Positions 9,417-18,512 of a DNA stretch of 64,000 nucleotides are shown here, piece by piece. The notes under the pieces are model-generated. The model did not search any database, was not told where the DNA came from, and was given only the letters and a program-made list of their open reading frames with translations. How positions within the stretch are numbered: the first letter of the stretch is position 1; the number at the start of each line of letters is the position of its first letter. Position numbers and translations under genes: made by a program. The stretch spans positions 4,096,022-4,160,021 of the forward strand of contig OW818657.1 in the NCBI GenBank assembly GCA_942492905.1, in the 5' to 3' direction. The DNA comes from an uncultured Verrucomicrobiota bacterium (GTDB taxonomy: Bacteria; Verrucomicrobiota; Verrucomicrobiia; Verrucomicrobiales; V1-33).

Positions 9417-10089
9417 CCAATAGGGCCCTGGGCGGCATTTTGCGGGAAATGTGACTCTCCTCTGACCAGCCGGCCTCCAGCTCCGGCCACAGCATCCGGC
9501 TGTATTTCCAGCGGTGCAGCGCATCCCATGCAGTGAGTTGGTAAAGCAGCACGATGAACCAGAAGGCAAACTGATAGGACGGCTTGGTGCACTTGTGGCG
9601 CAGGCGGCGCTGGGCGAGGAAGGCTGCGGGCCAGCCGCCCATCACTTCAAGCAGGTGCAGGGTCGACTCCGGGATACGCCACAACCCCTCCCTGGCGCGG
9701 TGCTTGTCGGTCGCATAACTCCGCCATGCCAGTGCGTTTACCCCGATGAAGTAGGCTCCCCACGCAGGAGTATTGAAATCGTAAGCCCATCCGGCCACGC
9801 CCGGTACGATCAGCAAAAGAGTGAGGAAAAACAGGGTTCCGGGCCAGGTTCCCCGCCCGGTGGGATACGCCCCGGCAGTCTGCACCGCTTTTACGGCACA
9901 GCGCCGGCCGTTGGCATCGCGGCCCAGGGAGTATTGGATATTCTCGCCCACCGCCGGAGGGCGATGCCATTTCACAAAATCGCGGCGGTGCAGAAAGATC
10001 CGTTCCCGGCCGGAGTCGAGAAACCCATAACCCTTCTGCCGGTCCCATTCAGCCACCCGGGCGCTCAAGATCTGGCGGTTCGCTGTCAT
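9409..10089 (-). CDS. Cold-shock/OB-fold domain plus DUF1294-type membrane protein
   Basis: N-terminal segment AEWDRQKGYGFLDSGRERIFLHRRDF is CSD-like. The hydrophobic C-terminal half carries a DUF1294-like motif (YATDKHRAREGLWRIPESTLHLLEVMGGWPAAFLAQRRLRHKCTK). Confidence 0.75.
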   Translation of the reverse strand: MTANRQILSARVAEWDRQKGYGFLDSGRERIFLHRRDFVKWHRPPAVGENIQYSLGRDANGRRCAVKAVQTAGAYPTGRGTWPGTLFFLTLLLIVPGVAGWAYDFNTPAWGAYFIGVNALAWRSYATDKHRAREGLWRIPESTLHLLEVMGGWPAAFLAQRRLRHKCTKPSYQFAFWFIVLLYQLTAWDALHRWKYSRMLWPELEAGWSEESHISRKMPPRALLGD

Positions 10090-10329
10090 GGCATGGGCAT
10101 CAGGCTAAAGCAGACGGCGGACGGATCGACTCTGCCCTGCCGGGAGGTTTGGACGGTCCAAGGGAAAAGGGTCGAATTTCAAATATTTTCCGCATTCTCC
10201 ATAATAAACCACAGAACTGAAGCTGACAAGTCCGGTTTCCCGCCGCCCCGTTCCGGCGATCGCGATTCCCCGTGCGATCCCTTGGGGCAAAACTGAAAGC
10301 CCCGGGGGCCGGGCCGCGTTTGCACCTGC

Positions 10330-11538
10330 ATGAATCCAGTCCCCTTTTTTGCTGCGGCGGCCCTTACGCTCTTCGCTGGTTCCGTCCGGGCCGACTGGCT
10401 GCAATTCAGAGGTCCCGATGCCTCGGCCCGCGGCACGGGCCAGCCGCCGGTCACGTTCCAGCCGACCGATATCGTGTGGAAAACTGCCCTCCCCGGACGC
10501 GGCTTGTCCTCCCCGGTCATTGTGGGCGGGAAGGTCTTTCTCACCGCCGCCAGTGGCCCGTCTCAGGAAACCCTGCACGTGATCTGCCTGGATAACGCCA
10601 CCGGCAAAACGATATGGGAACGCCGCTTCCAGGCGACCGGCCGCACCATGTGCCACGAGAAGACCAACGTGGCTGCGCCCACCCCGGCCAGTGACGGGAC
10701 CCGCCTCTTCGCGTTGTTTTCCTCGAACGATTGTTTCGGACTCGATCTTGAGGGAAATTTGTTGTGGGTGCGGGGATTCACCCTGGATTATCCCAATGCC
10801 AGCAACAGCCTCGGCCTGGCTTCGTCGCCCATCGTGGTGGGCGGGGTGCTGGTCACCATGGTGGAAAACGACGGGGATTCCTTCACCGTAGGAATTGATC
10901 CCGCGACCGGCACTAATTTGTGGAAACTGGCCCGGCCGAAAAACGCCAACTGGACGTCGCCCACCGCTTGGCAGGATCCCGCCAGCGGCCGGCCCCTCGT
11001 GCTGGTGACCGCGCACGAAGGTGTGCTGGCCCTGGACCCGCGGACGGGCAAGGAGCAGTGGACCCTGCCCAAACCCGGCACCACCATTCCCAGTGCCGGC
11101 ATTGGCGAAAAACACTTTGCGGTGCCGCGCCCCGGCAAGGGCCTGGCCGTGTATACGCTGGCCGGCGGCACCACCCCTCCCGAGCTGGCCTGGGAATCCG
11201 CCCAGATCAATTCCGATACCGCCAGCCCCGTGCTCCAGGGTCCGCGTGTGTTTGCCTTGAATGGCGCGGGCGTGCTGTCCTGCGCCGAACTTGCCTCCGG
11301 CGACCGGCCATGGAAACTCCGCATGGAAGGGCCGTTTTCCGGGAGCCCGGTGATGTCAGGGACCACCCTCTATGCCGTCAGCGAACGCGGCCTGCTGCAA
11401 GCCGTCGACACTACCGCGGCCGAAGGAGCAGTCACCGGAAAACTGGATCTCGGCACCACCATTCTCAGCACCCCTTCCCTCTCCGGAAATTCCATTTATG
11501 TCCGCAGTGATGGGCACGTCTGGCGGATTGGAAAATGA
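10330..11538 (+). CDS. PQQ-like beta-propeller repeat protein (BamB-like fold), secreted
   Basis: ATG start with a signal peptide (FFAAAALTLFAGSVRA). DWLQFRGPD motif and repeated blades of the type SSPVIVGGKVFL, SSPIVVGGVLV and GSPVMSGTTLYAV. Confidence 0.75.
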   Translation: MNPVPFFAAAALTLFAGSVRADWLQFRGPDASARGTGQPPVTFQPTDIVWKTALPGRGLSSPVIVGGKVFLTAASGPSQETLHVICLDNATGKTIWERRFQATGRTMCHEKTNVAAPTPASDGTRLFALFSSNDCFGLDLEGNLLWVRGFTLDYPNASNSLGLASSPIVVGGVLVTMVENDGDSFTVGIDPATGTNLWKLARPKNANWTSPTAWQDPASGRPLVLVTAHEGVLALDPRTGKEQWTLPKPGTTIPSAGIGEKHFAVPRPGKGLAVYTLAGGTTPPELAWESAQINSDTASPVLQGPRVFALNGAGVLSCAELASGDRPWKLRMEGPFSGSPVMSGTTLYAVSERGLLQAVDTTAAEGAVTGKLDLGTTILSTPSLSGNSIYVRSDGHVWRIGK

Positions 11539-11580
11539 CTTGCCGCCCCGCCGAATCCCGCCCCTACTTGGCCCTTCTTT

Positions 11581-12327
11581 ATGAAATCCACCCTCACCGC
11601 CCTCATCCTCACCCTGTCAGTCCTGGTTCCCGGAGCCTCCGCTGAAGACGCCCCTGCCGCCAAGCCCAACACCCTGACGGAAACCGAAAAAGCCGCCGGC
11701 TGGCAGCTGCTCTTCAACGGCTCCGACCTCAAGGGCTGGTCCAATTTCAAAAAAACCACCATCCGTCCCGGCTGGCAGGTGAAGGACGGCCAACTGGTCT
11801 GCGTCAATCCCAAGGACGCCGGCGACCTCGTCAACGCGGCCACCTTCGGCTGGTTCGAACTGCAGCTCGATTATAACATCTCCCCCGCTGGCAACAGCGG
11901 CATCATCTATCACGTCACCGACAAGGGCGATGCCGTCTGGGCCACCGGTCCGGAATTCCAACTCGAGGACAATGAAAAAGCCGCCGACAAAATCCGTTGC
12001 GGCTGGCTCTACGGCCTCTATCAACCCCCGGTCGATCCCGCCACCGGCAAGATCCTCGATGCCACCAAGCCGGCCGGCGAATGGAATCACGTGCGGCTGG
12101 TGATTGCCCCTGACAAGTGCTTCCATGAAATCAATGGCGTGCGCTATTTTGAATACGTCTTCGGCAGCGAGGACTTCAAAAAGCGCATCGCCGACAGCAA
12201 ATTCGGCTCCATGCCGGAGTTCGCCAAATCCGGTTCCGGGTCCATCGCCCTCCAGGGGGACCATGGCTCCGTTGCCTTCCGCAATATCAAGATCAAGCCT
12301 TTGGCAGGCGCCCCCGCGGCCCGGTAA
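11581..12327 (+). CDS. DUF1080 (3-keto-disaccharide hydrolase-like) domain protein, secreted
   Basis: Signal peptide, then GWQLLFNGSDLKGW...WQVKDGQLV...FELQLDYNI...GPEFQLEDN...GSIALQGDHGSVAFRNIKIKPL, which is the typical DUF1080 pattern. Confidence 0.8.
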   Translation: MKSTLTALILTLSVLVPGASAEDAPAAKPNTLTETEKAAGWQLLFNGSDLKGWSNFKKTTIRPGWQVKDGQLVCVNPKDAGDLVNAATFGWFELQLDYNISPAGNSGIIYHVTDKGDAVWATGPEFQLEDNEKAADKIRCGWLYGLYQPPVDPATGKILDATKPAGEWNHVRLVIAPDKCFHEINGVRYFEYVFGSEDFKKRIADSKFGSMPEFAKSGSGSIALQGDHGSVAFRNIKIKPLAGAPAAR

Positions 12328-12376
12328 CTGCTCCGGCAGGACGATCATCAAAGCGCCCTTCAGCAGTCGTCCCCTC

Positions 12377-13875
12377 ATGGCAAGCTCCGGCCTCCGCCAT
12401 GACCGCCTCCAGCCCCTTGGCCTGGCTTGGCACGCCGCTTGGTTGATCGCCTGCTTTTTGGCCGTGCCCCAGGCGGCCCCGGCCAAGGCCCCGGCCGCGA
12501 ATCCCGCCGCGCTGGAAAACATCACGCAAATCATCCGGACCCTGACCAAAGACCCCATCGTGCGCTCCGGCACGGTGGGGTTTTATTTGGCTCCCCTGGA
12601 CCAGGCCGATGCCCCGCTCCTCAAACAGAATGCGGGACAAAGTTTCATCCCGGCCTCGACCCTCAAGACGCTGACCACCGGCACTGCTCTCGAAATCCTC
12701 GGCCCGGATTTCCAATTTGAAACCAAGCTGCAGTATATCCCCGCCACCGGCGACCTCATCATCGAAGGCTCCGGCGACCCCTCCCTCGCCCGGTATGGTT
12801 GGGACAGTCTTTTCAATGAGTGGACCGCCGCACTCCAGGCCACGGGAGTGACCGAAATCACGGGCCGCCTCGTCGCCGACGAGTCGGCTTGGGAATCCCG
12901 GGAAATTCCGGCCGGCTGGACCTGGCAGGACATGGGCAACTATTACGCCCCGCCCCTCACACCGCTCTGCTTCCACGACAACGCCTTCCGCCTCTACTTC
13001 CACCTGTCCGGCAATCCCGGCGACGCGGCAGGGTTTTACGATGCGGCCCCGTGGCCGGCGGATCTGGAAATCATCGACCACCTGAGCATCGGCCAGCCCG
13101 GCACCGGCGATAACGCCTACCTCTCGGGCGGGCCCGGCACCCGCCGCTACCCTTGCAGGGCACCCTCGCAGCCGATGTGGACAAGGCCTTCATCCGGGGA
13201 GCCCTGCCCGACCCTGCGTATTTCTGCGTTCGCGAATTCACCGACTGGCTGAATGCCCGCGAACTTCCCGTGCACGGCCAGCCCACCACCACCCGCCGGG
13301 CATTGGCCGGCCGTGAGCCTCCCGCGATCCCCGTGGAAGGAAAAATCCTGATCGCCACCCACCGTTCCCGCCCCCTGCGCGAAATGCTCCCGGCGATCAA
13401 TCATCGCAGCCTCAATCTCGACTGCGAATGCCTCCTGCGCACCTTTGGCAAAGGCGGGGCGGCGGCCGGGCTGCAGGTCATCCGCGACCACCTCGCGGCC
13501 AAAAACCTCCCCCTTGGCGGGTATGAACAAACCGACGGCTGCGGCCTGTCCCGCACCAACATGATCACTCCCGAACTGATGGCCCGCGCCAACGCTGCCG
13601 TGCTGACCGGTCCGCACGGGGCCGTCTTTTTGGATTCCCTGCCCGGATTGGGAGCGAGCGGCAGCACCCTCCACGAACTGAACGCTTCCGGCCCGGCCAC
13701 CATCCACGCCAAAAGCGGCACCATCGAACGCGTCAAGGGATACACCGGCGTAGTGACCTCCGCCGCCGGCCCGCGCTATTGTTTCAGCATCCTCATCAAC
13801 AACTACGACGGCTCCTTCAGCGGAGCGGTCGAGCCCCGGCTGGATGAGCTTTTCGAAGCCCTCGCCCAGCTGTAA
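12377..13875 (+). pseudogene. dacB: D-alanyl-D-alanine carboxypeptidase/endopeptidase (PBP4, peptidase S13), interrupted by a frameshift near 13150
   Basis: ATG at 12377 gives MASSGLRHD..., a signal-like stretch, and FIPASTLKTLTT (SxxK active-site motif). The frame-2 reading is sensible up to ...AYLSGGPGTRRYP. The homologous continuation LQGTLAADVDKAFIRGALPDPAYF...HAKSGTIERVKGYTG (KTG-like box) runs in frame 1 from 13153 to 13875. One extra C in the CCC run at 13150-13152 would fuse the two halves as ...RRYPLQGTL.... Confidence 0.8.
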
Positions 13876-13940
13876 GGCCGCCCACCGCAGACATCTCCCG
13901 TTGCCCCGCCGCGCCTTCCCTGCTTTGAGAAAGCCCGCCC

Positions 13941-15545
13941 ATGACTCCCGCTGAAGAAATCGCCCGCCGCCGCACCTTTGCCATCATCTCCCACCCGGAT
14001 GCCGGGAAGACCACGCTCACGGAAAAACTCCTCCTCTACGGCGGTGCCGTGCAGCTCGCCGGCAGCGTCACCGCCCGCAAGAACCAGCGCGCCACCACCT
14101 CCGACTGGATGGAACTCGAACGTCAGCGCGGCATTTCCGTCAGCTCCACCGTCCTGCAATTCGAATACGGCGGCTGCGTGGTGAATCTCCTCGACACTCC
14201 CGGTCACAAGGACTTCTCGGAAGACACCTACCGCGTCCTCACCGCCGTCGATGCCGCCATCATGGTCATCGATGCCGGCAAGGGGATCGAAGCCCAGACC
14301 CGCAAGCTCTTCGAAGTCTGCCGCCGGCGCGGCGTGCCCATCTTCACCTTCATGAATAAGATGGACCGCCCCGCCCGCGAGCCCATGGAGTTGTTGGATG
14401 AACTGGAAAACGTGCTCGGCATCGGCGCCTGCGCCATCAACTGGCCGCTCGGTCAGGGCAGCTTCTTCCGCGGGGTCTACGACCGCCGGAAAAACGAACT
14501 CCACACCTTCGAGCGCACCGCCCACGGTGCCTACCGCGCCCCGGAACTCGTCAGCGGCCTCGACGACCCTGCCGTCATCGCCAAGGTCGAACCTGCCGCC
14601 CTCGATCAGGCCAGGATGGAACTGGAGATGCTCGAAGGCGCCGGCCACGAATTCGACCATCACGCCATCCTCGCCGGCAGCCTCACCCCTGTCTTCTTCG
14701 GCAGTGCCGCCAACAACTTCGGGGTCCAGCTCATGCTCGATGCCTTCCTCGAACTCGCCCCGCCCCCCGGCCCGCGCGAAGCCATCGGCAGCATCGAAGT
14801 GAAACCCGAGGACAAAGGTTTCACTGGCTTCATCTTCAAGATCCAGGCCAACATGGACCCGCGCCATCGCGACCGCATTTATTTCGTTCGCATCGTGTCA
14901 GGAAAATTCGAGCGCGACATGCAGGTCATCAACTCTCGCACCCGCAAAAACGTCCGCCTCTCCAACTCCCAGCGCGTCTTCGCCCAGGAGCGCGAGACCC
15001 TCGACGAAGCCTACGCGGGCGACGTCATCGGCATCGTCGGCAACCACGACTTTGGCATCGGCGATACCCTCTCCGCCAAAGCCAGCATCGTCTTCGACGA
15101 AATCCCGCGCTTCCCGCCCGAAGTCTTCGCCTACCTGCAAAGCCCCAACTCCTCCCAATTCAAACGCTTCCGCGAAGGCCTCACCCAGCTCCTCCAGGAA
15201 GGTGTCATCCAGCAGTTCCTCACCCCCGGCAGCACCCAGCGCGTCCCTCTCCTCGGGGCGGTCGGCCCCCTCCAGTTCGAAGTCGTCCAATACCGCCTCC
15301 AAAGCGAATACAACGCCGAGTCCCGCCTCGATCCCAGCCCTTACAGCCACGTCCGCTGGGTCCGCCGCACCGACGGCGTCAAATGGCACGACGACCTCAA
15401 CATGCCCACCGGCACCGCCATCGCCCACGACGGCGACGACCGCCCCGTCATCCTCTTCGCCGAAACCTGGTCCCTCAAATTCTTCACCGACCGCAACGAG
15501 GGCGTGGAGTTGTCAGAACTGCCGTTTCCGCTGGAGAAAAATTGA
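13941..15545 (+). CDS. prfC: Peptide chain release factor 3
   Basis: RRRTFAIISHPDAGKTTLTEKLLLYGGAVQLAGSV...LLDTPGHKDF...FMNKMDR: translational GTPase motifs G1-G4 with RF3-type N-terminus and length (534 aa). Confidence 0.95.
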   Translation: MTPAEEIARRRTFAIISHPDAGKTTLTEKLLLYGGAVQLAGSVTARKNQRATTSDWMELERQRGISVSSTVLQFEYGGCVVNLLDTPGHKDFSEDTYRVLTAVDAAIMVIDAGKGIEAQTRKLFEVCRRRGVPIFTFMNKMDRPAREPMELLDELENVLGIGACAINWPLGQGSFFRGVYDRRKNELHTFERTAHGAYRAPELVSGLDDPAVIAKVEPAALDQARMELEMLEGAGHEFDHHAILAGSLTPVFFGSAANNFGVQLMLDAFLELAPPPGPREAIGSIEVKPEDKGFTGFIFKIQANMDPRHRDRIYFVRIVSGKFERDMQVINSRTRKNVRLSNSQRVFAQERETLDEAYAGDVIGIVGNHDFGIGDTLSAKASIVFDEIPRFPPEVFAYLQSPNSSQFKRFREGLTQLLQEGVIQQFLTPGSTQRVPLLGAVGPLQFEVVQYRLQSEYNAESRLDPSPYSHVRWVRRTDGVKWHDDLNMPTGTAIAHDGDDRPVILFAETWSLKFFTDRNEGVELSELPFPLEKN

Positions 15546-15572
15546 TTCTCCAAAATATCGGTAGATAAATAC

Positions 15573-15663
15573 CCATCGGAAACAGCCGTAGAGGCCCCGA
15601 CATCGACAAGGAAGTTCGGGCTATCGGGAAATTTCATGAGACAAGGATGGCAGTTTCCGATGG
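15573..15663. repeat. Inverted repeat, 15-bp arms (14/15) separated by 61 nt, between convergent prfC and the TPR gene
   Basis: Left arm ccatcggaaacagcc (15573-15587). Right arm ggcagtttccgatgg (15649-15663), whose reverse complement is ccatcggaaactgcc. Confidence 0.6.
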
Positions 15664-15668
15664 CGTGA

Positions 15669-17951
15669 TTATGTTCCTTGTTTTAATCCACCCTGCATCT
15701 GTTTGAGATTCCTGCTAGCCATCTGATGATAGTAGGGCAACTCGTCCTTCGTCCAAATCTCCAGCGCCGCACGATACGCCTGCTCCGCGGCCTTCCACAG
15801 CTCCCGTTGCGTCGGACCGCTTTCCCGGTTGGCTTGGAGACTCAATGCGCAGCCCAGATTATTCTGTGTCATCGCCCAGTCCTGCGGGAGAGCATCGCGA
15901 GTGTAAACTTTCAGGGCAGCGCGGAAAGCCTTCACTGCTCCCCCCAGCAGGCGCTGCCCCCGCTCTCCCTCACTCCGTTCCCCTTGGGCTCCCAAGGCGG
16001 TGCCCAGATTATTCTGCGTCATCGCCCAGTCCTGCGGCATCGCCTCGCGGGTGTAAATTTGCAGGGCGGAGCGGTAGGCCTGCACCGCCTCCCAGAGCAG
16101 ACGAACCCTCGTCACTCCCTGGCTCCTCGAACCATAATCCCTCAAGGCAGTACCAAGATTATTCTGAGTCATCGCCCACTGATGTGGCATCGCCTCGCGG
16201 GTATGCACCTCCAGAGCGGCACGGTAGGCCTGCACCACTTCCGCCATTAGGCGCTGCTCTTCCTCGTCCTCTCTCTGCCCGACTTGTTTACTCAGAGCAG
16301 CAGCTAGATTGTTCTGCGTCATCGCCCAGTCCTGCGGCATCGCCTCGCGAGTGTAAACTTGCAGGGCGTCCCGGTAGGCCTGCACCGCCTCCCGGAGCAG
16401 ACGGACCCTCTCCGCCCCCTCACTCCGCAAGCCTTGTTCCCTCAGAGCGTTGCCCATATTACTCTGCGTCATTGCCCAGTCCTGCGGCAACTCCCCCCGG
16501 GTGCGCATCTCCAAGGCGGCTTGGAAGGCCTGCACTGCTTCCCGCAGCAGGCGATTCCCCTCCTGCGGCTCGACTCGTAGGCCGAGTGCAAAACAGGCCA
16601 CCCCCAGATCATTTTGCAACATGGCCCAAATCTGCGGAAAGCCTAGCCGGGTGGCGAGGGTGAAAGCCTCTCGAAAGTGCGAGGGGACGGCGCGGTAGTC
16701 GCCCCGGTAGTAGCAGGCCAGACCGGCACGATAGTAATCGAGAGCGATGGACTCAGTTAGGTCGTCAAGTTGTGCAGCTTTTTGGCGGGCGGCTTCGAGG
16801 GATTTGGATTCAGCTTCCACGAACCGGGTTTCGGCGAGGAGGGCGATGGCTTGGGTGGTGAGGTTGCGCGAAGCAAGGGCGTGGGTCAGGAGGGTTTCCA
16901 GTTCGGTGACAGGGATTTTCAGACGGGTGGCGAGTTCCTGTTCGAGTTCCTGACGGGAGAGGTCGGCTAGAGATTTTCCCTGCCCGGCCTGTTGGCGTGC
17001 AAGATCGGCCATGACCTGCTCCAAACGCGCGAGCTGGGCGAATTGATCGTCGAGCTTGGTGTGGGTGGTGGCGTGGAAGTGACGATTTTCGACGGCGAGG
17101 GTTTGGAGTTGATCCTCAATGCAGCGGATACCGAGCGTGAGTTCGGTTTTCCAGTGTACGAGGAGGGTGCGTCGCTCGGTCTCGAGGGCAGTGGCGGTTT
17201 CCGGAGTGGGATTCTGTAGGAGGATGAGAATTTCGTCGAGTTTCCCGAGGGCGAGGCGGCCGTGCTGCTGGAGGGTTTGGGCGGTGAGGTATTGGTAGGA
17301 GACCCAAGCTTGGGAGGGCTTGCCGTCAGGCGCGGCGTGCATTTGGTCGAGGAAGTGAATCTGGAACTGCGCGTTGAGGTGCTGGCATACCCAGTCGATA
17401 AAAACCCGGCAGGCGGACTCGGCTTGGGAGTCAAGGTGAGCGGCCTTGGTGATGAGCCTTTCTGTGAGGCTGGCGCGGAGGGCGGTGGCCAGGGTATCGC
17501 GCGCGTCGGAGGCGGGACCGGATTGCTCGAGGAGGTCTTTGAGGAAGGCGTCTTCGACTTTGACGATGGGATCGGTGCCGACGGCGGGGCGTGCGGTGAA
17601 GGACCTGAGATCCCGAAACCAAGTCTCCATCGCGAGAATCTGGGGACGGTGGAGGGTATTCCATTCACCGGGGTGGTCTTTTTCAAAGCCTTTGAGAGGG
17701 GGGCCTTTGGCGGCATCATCCATGGTTTTGAGGAAGGCAGCGTGGAAGGCGACGGCGAACCAGTGAGTCGGCTCGCCGGGGGGCCGGCCGAGGACGCTCT
17801 TTAGCCAGTCAGGAAAATGCTCGCAGAGTTTGCCAACGGAGGCCCCAAAGAGCGCGGAGCCGGTAACGGGATCGGGGGAGATGAGCAGCTTGGCGGTTTC
17901 CGCAATGAAATGGCCTCCCAGAACTACAGCTAGAGTTGATACGCCCGGCAT
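15669..17951 (-). CDS. Tetratricopeptide-repeat protein (760 aa) with uncharacterised N-terminal ~430 aa
   Basis: ATG start. The C-terminal ~310 aa consists of six clear modules and one degenerate module of ~42-44 aa (LLREAVQAYRxALxVYTREAMPQDWAMTQNNLGxAL). The N-terminal region has predicted helical/coiled-coil stretches. I saw no P-loop or other catalytic motif. Confidence 0.85.
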   Translation of the reverse strand: MPGVSTLAVVLGGHFIAETAKLLISPDPVTGSALFGASVGKLCEHFPDWLKSVLGRPPGEPTHWFAVAFHAAFLKTMDDAAKGPPLKGFEKDHPGEWNTLHRPQILAMETWFRDLRSFTARPAVGTDPIVKVEDAFLKDLLEQSGPASDARDTLATALRASLTERLITKAAHLDSQAESACRVFIDWVCQHLNAQFQIHFLDQMHAAPDGKPSQAWVSYQYLTAQTLQQHGRLALGKLDEILILLQNPTPETATALETERRTLLVHWKTELTLGIRCIEDQLQTLAVENRHFHATTHTKLDDQFAQLARLEQVMADLARQQAGQGKSLADLSRQELEQELATRLKIPVTELETLLTHALASRNLTTQAIALLAETRFVEAESKSLEAARQKAAQLDDLTESIALDYYRAGLACYYRGDYRAVPSHFREAFTLATRLGFPQIWAMLQNDLGVACFALGLRVEPQEGNRLLREAVQAFQAALEMRTRGELPQDWAMTQSNMGNALREQGLRSEGAERVRLLREAVQAYRDALQVYTREAMPQDWAMTQNNLAAALSKQVGQREDEEEQRLMAEVVQAYRAALEVHTREAMPHQWAMTQNNLGTALRDYGSRSQGVTRVRLLWEAVQAYRSALQIYTREAMPQDWAMTQNNLGTALGAQGERSEGERGQRLLGGAVKAFRAALKVYTRDALPQDWAMTQNNLGCALSLQANRESGPTQRELWKAAEQAYRAALEIWTKDELPYYHQMASRNLKQMQGGLKQGT
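15719..16643 (-). repeat. In-frame tandem coding repeats (~126-132 nt TPR-pair modules) inside the TPR gene
   Basis: Recurring DNA blocks such as ...attattctg(c/a/t)gtcatcgcccagtcctgcgg(c/g)a... match the WAMTQNN motif. Six copies are visible by eye. Confidence 0.8.
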
Positions 17952-18272
17952 GGTGGATGGAGGCTAACGCTGAGCACGCAATTGTCGAAGGGAATCGCGG
18001 GCCGTAGGCACATACCCTCAAAATACTGGAGCACGCCATCAACTCGACAAAACGGTGCCGCCAAGCTCAACCCCCTGCGCTGTTCCAGCAGTATTAGTAT
18101 GACAGCAATAGTTTTACCCTTTGCCGGTCCGTGGGCAGAGGTCCAGCGACTCGGCGGGTCGGGTGAATTCGGCAGGAAAGGTGGCAGGAAGCAGAAAAAC
18201 CCTCCATTAATCCTCTGACAGTGAATGCCTTACACCAAAATGAGCCGAATCCAGGAGTTACGCCCGGAAGCC

Positions 18273-18512
18273 GTCTCCTTATAAGGAGACGCTCTTCTCC
18301 TTATCGGGAGGACCCCTTCTCTTGACAAGGAGAGACCCTTCTCCTTAGCAGGAGGACCCCTTCTCTTGATAAGAAGACACCCTTCTCCTTACCAGGAAGA
18401 CCTCTTCTCTTGATACGGAGACACCCTCCTCCTTATCAGGAGGACCCCTTCTCTTGACAAGGAGAGACCCTTCTCCTTAGCAGGAGGACCTCTTCTCTTG
18501 ATAAGGAGATGA
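18273..18512. repeat. Tandem array of 11 x 22-bp palindromic pyrimidine-tract/purine-tract units (44-bp and 132-bp higher-order periodicity), noncoding
   Basis: The pyrimidine tract TCTC(C)TT starts at 18274, 18296, 18318, 18340, 18362, 18384, 18406, 18428, 18450, 18472 and 18494, an exact 22-nt phase. Each tract is followed 2-4 nt later by AAGGAGA or AGGAGGA. Positions 18273-18290 (gtctccttataaggagac) form a perfect palindrome. Confidence 0.95.

Noticed and set aside
12104-12376. 5' extension of the PBP4 ORF overlapping the DUF1080 gene
   Set aside because: It overlaps the 3' end of 11581..12327 in another frame, and its translation is Ser/Pro/Ala-rich and nonsensical. ATG 12377 precedes a signal-like segment.
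18273-18512. Tandem repeat array considered as a CRISPR array
   Set aside because: Units are contiguous 22-mers with no unique spacers between them, the repeat length is too short, and no cas genes are present in the window.
18273-18512. Array considered as a CsrB/RsmZ-like CsrA-sponge RNA because of the many GGA motifs
   Set aside because: In either hairpin register the GGA motifs are base-paired in stems with the TCC tracts rather than exposed in loops, unlike known CsrA-titrating RNAs. The idea is kept only as a remote possibility.
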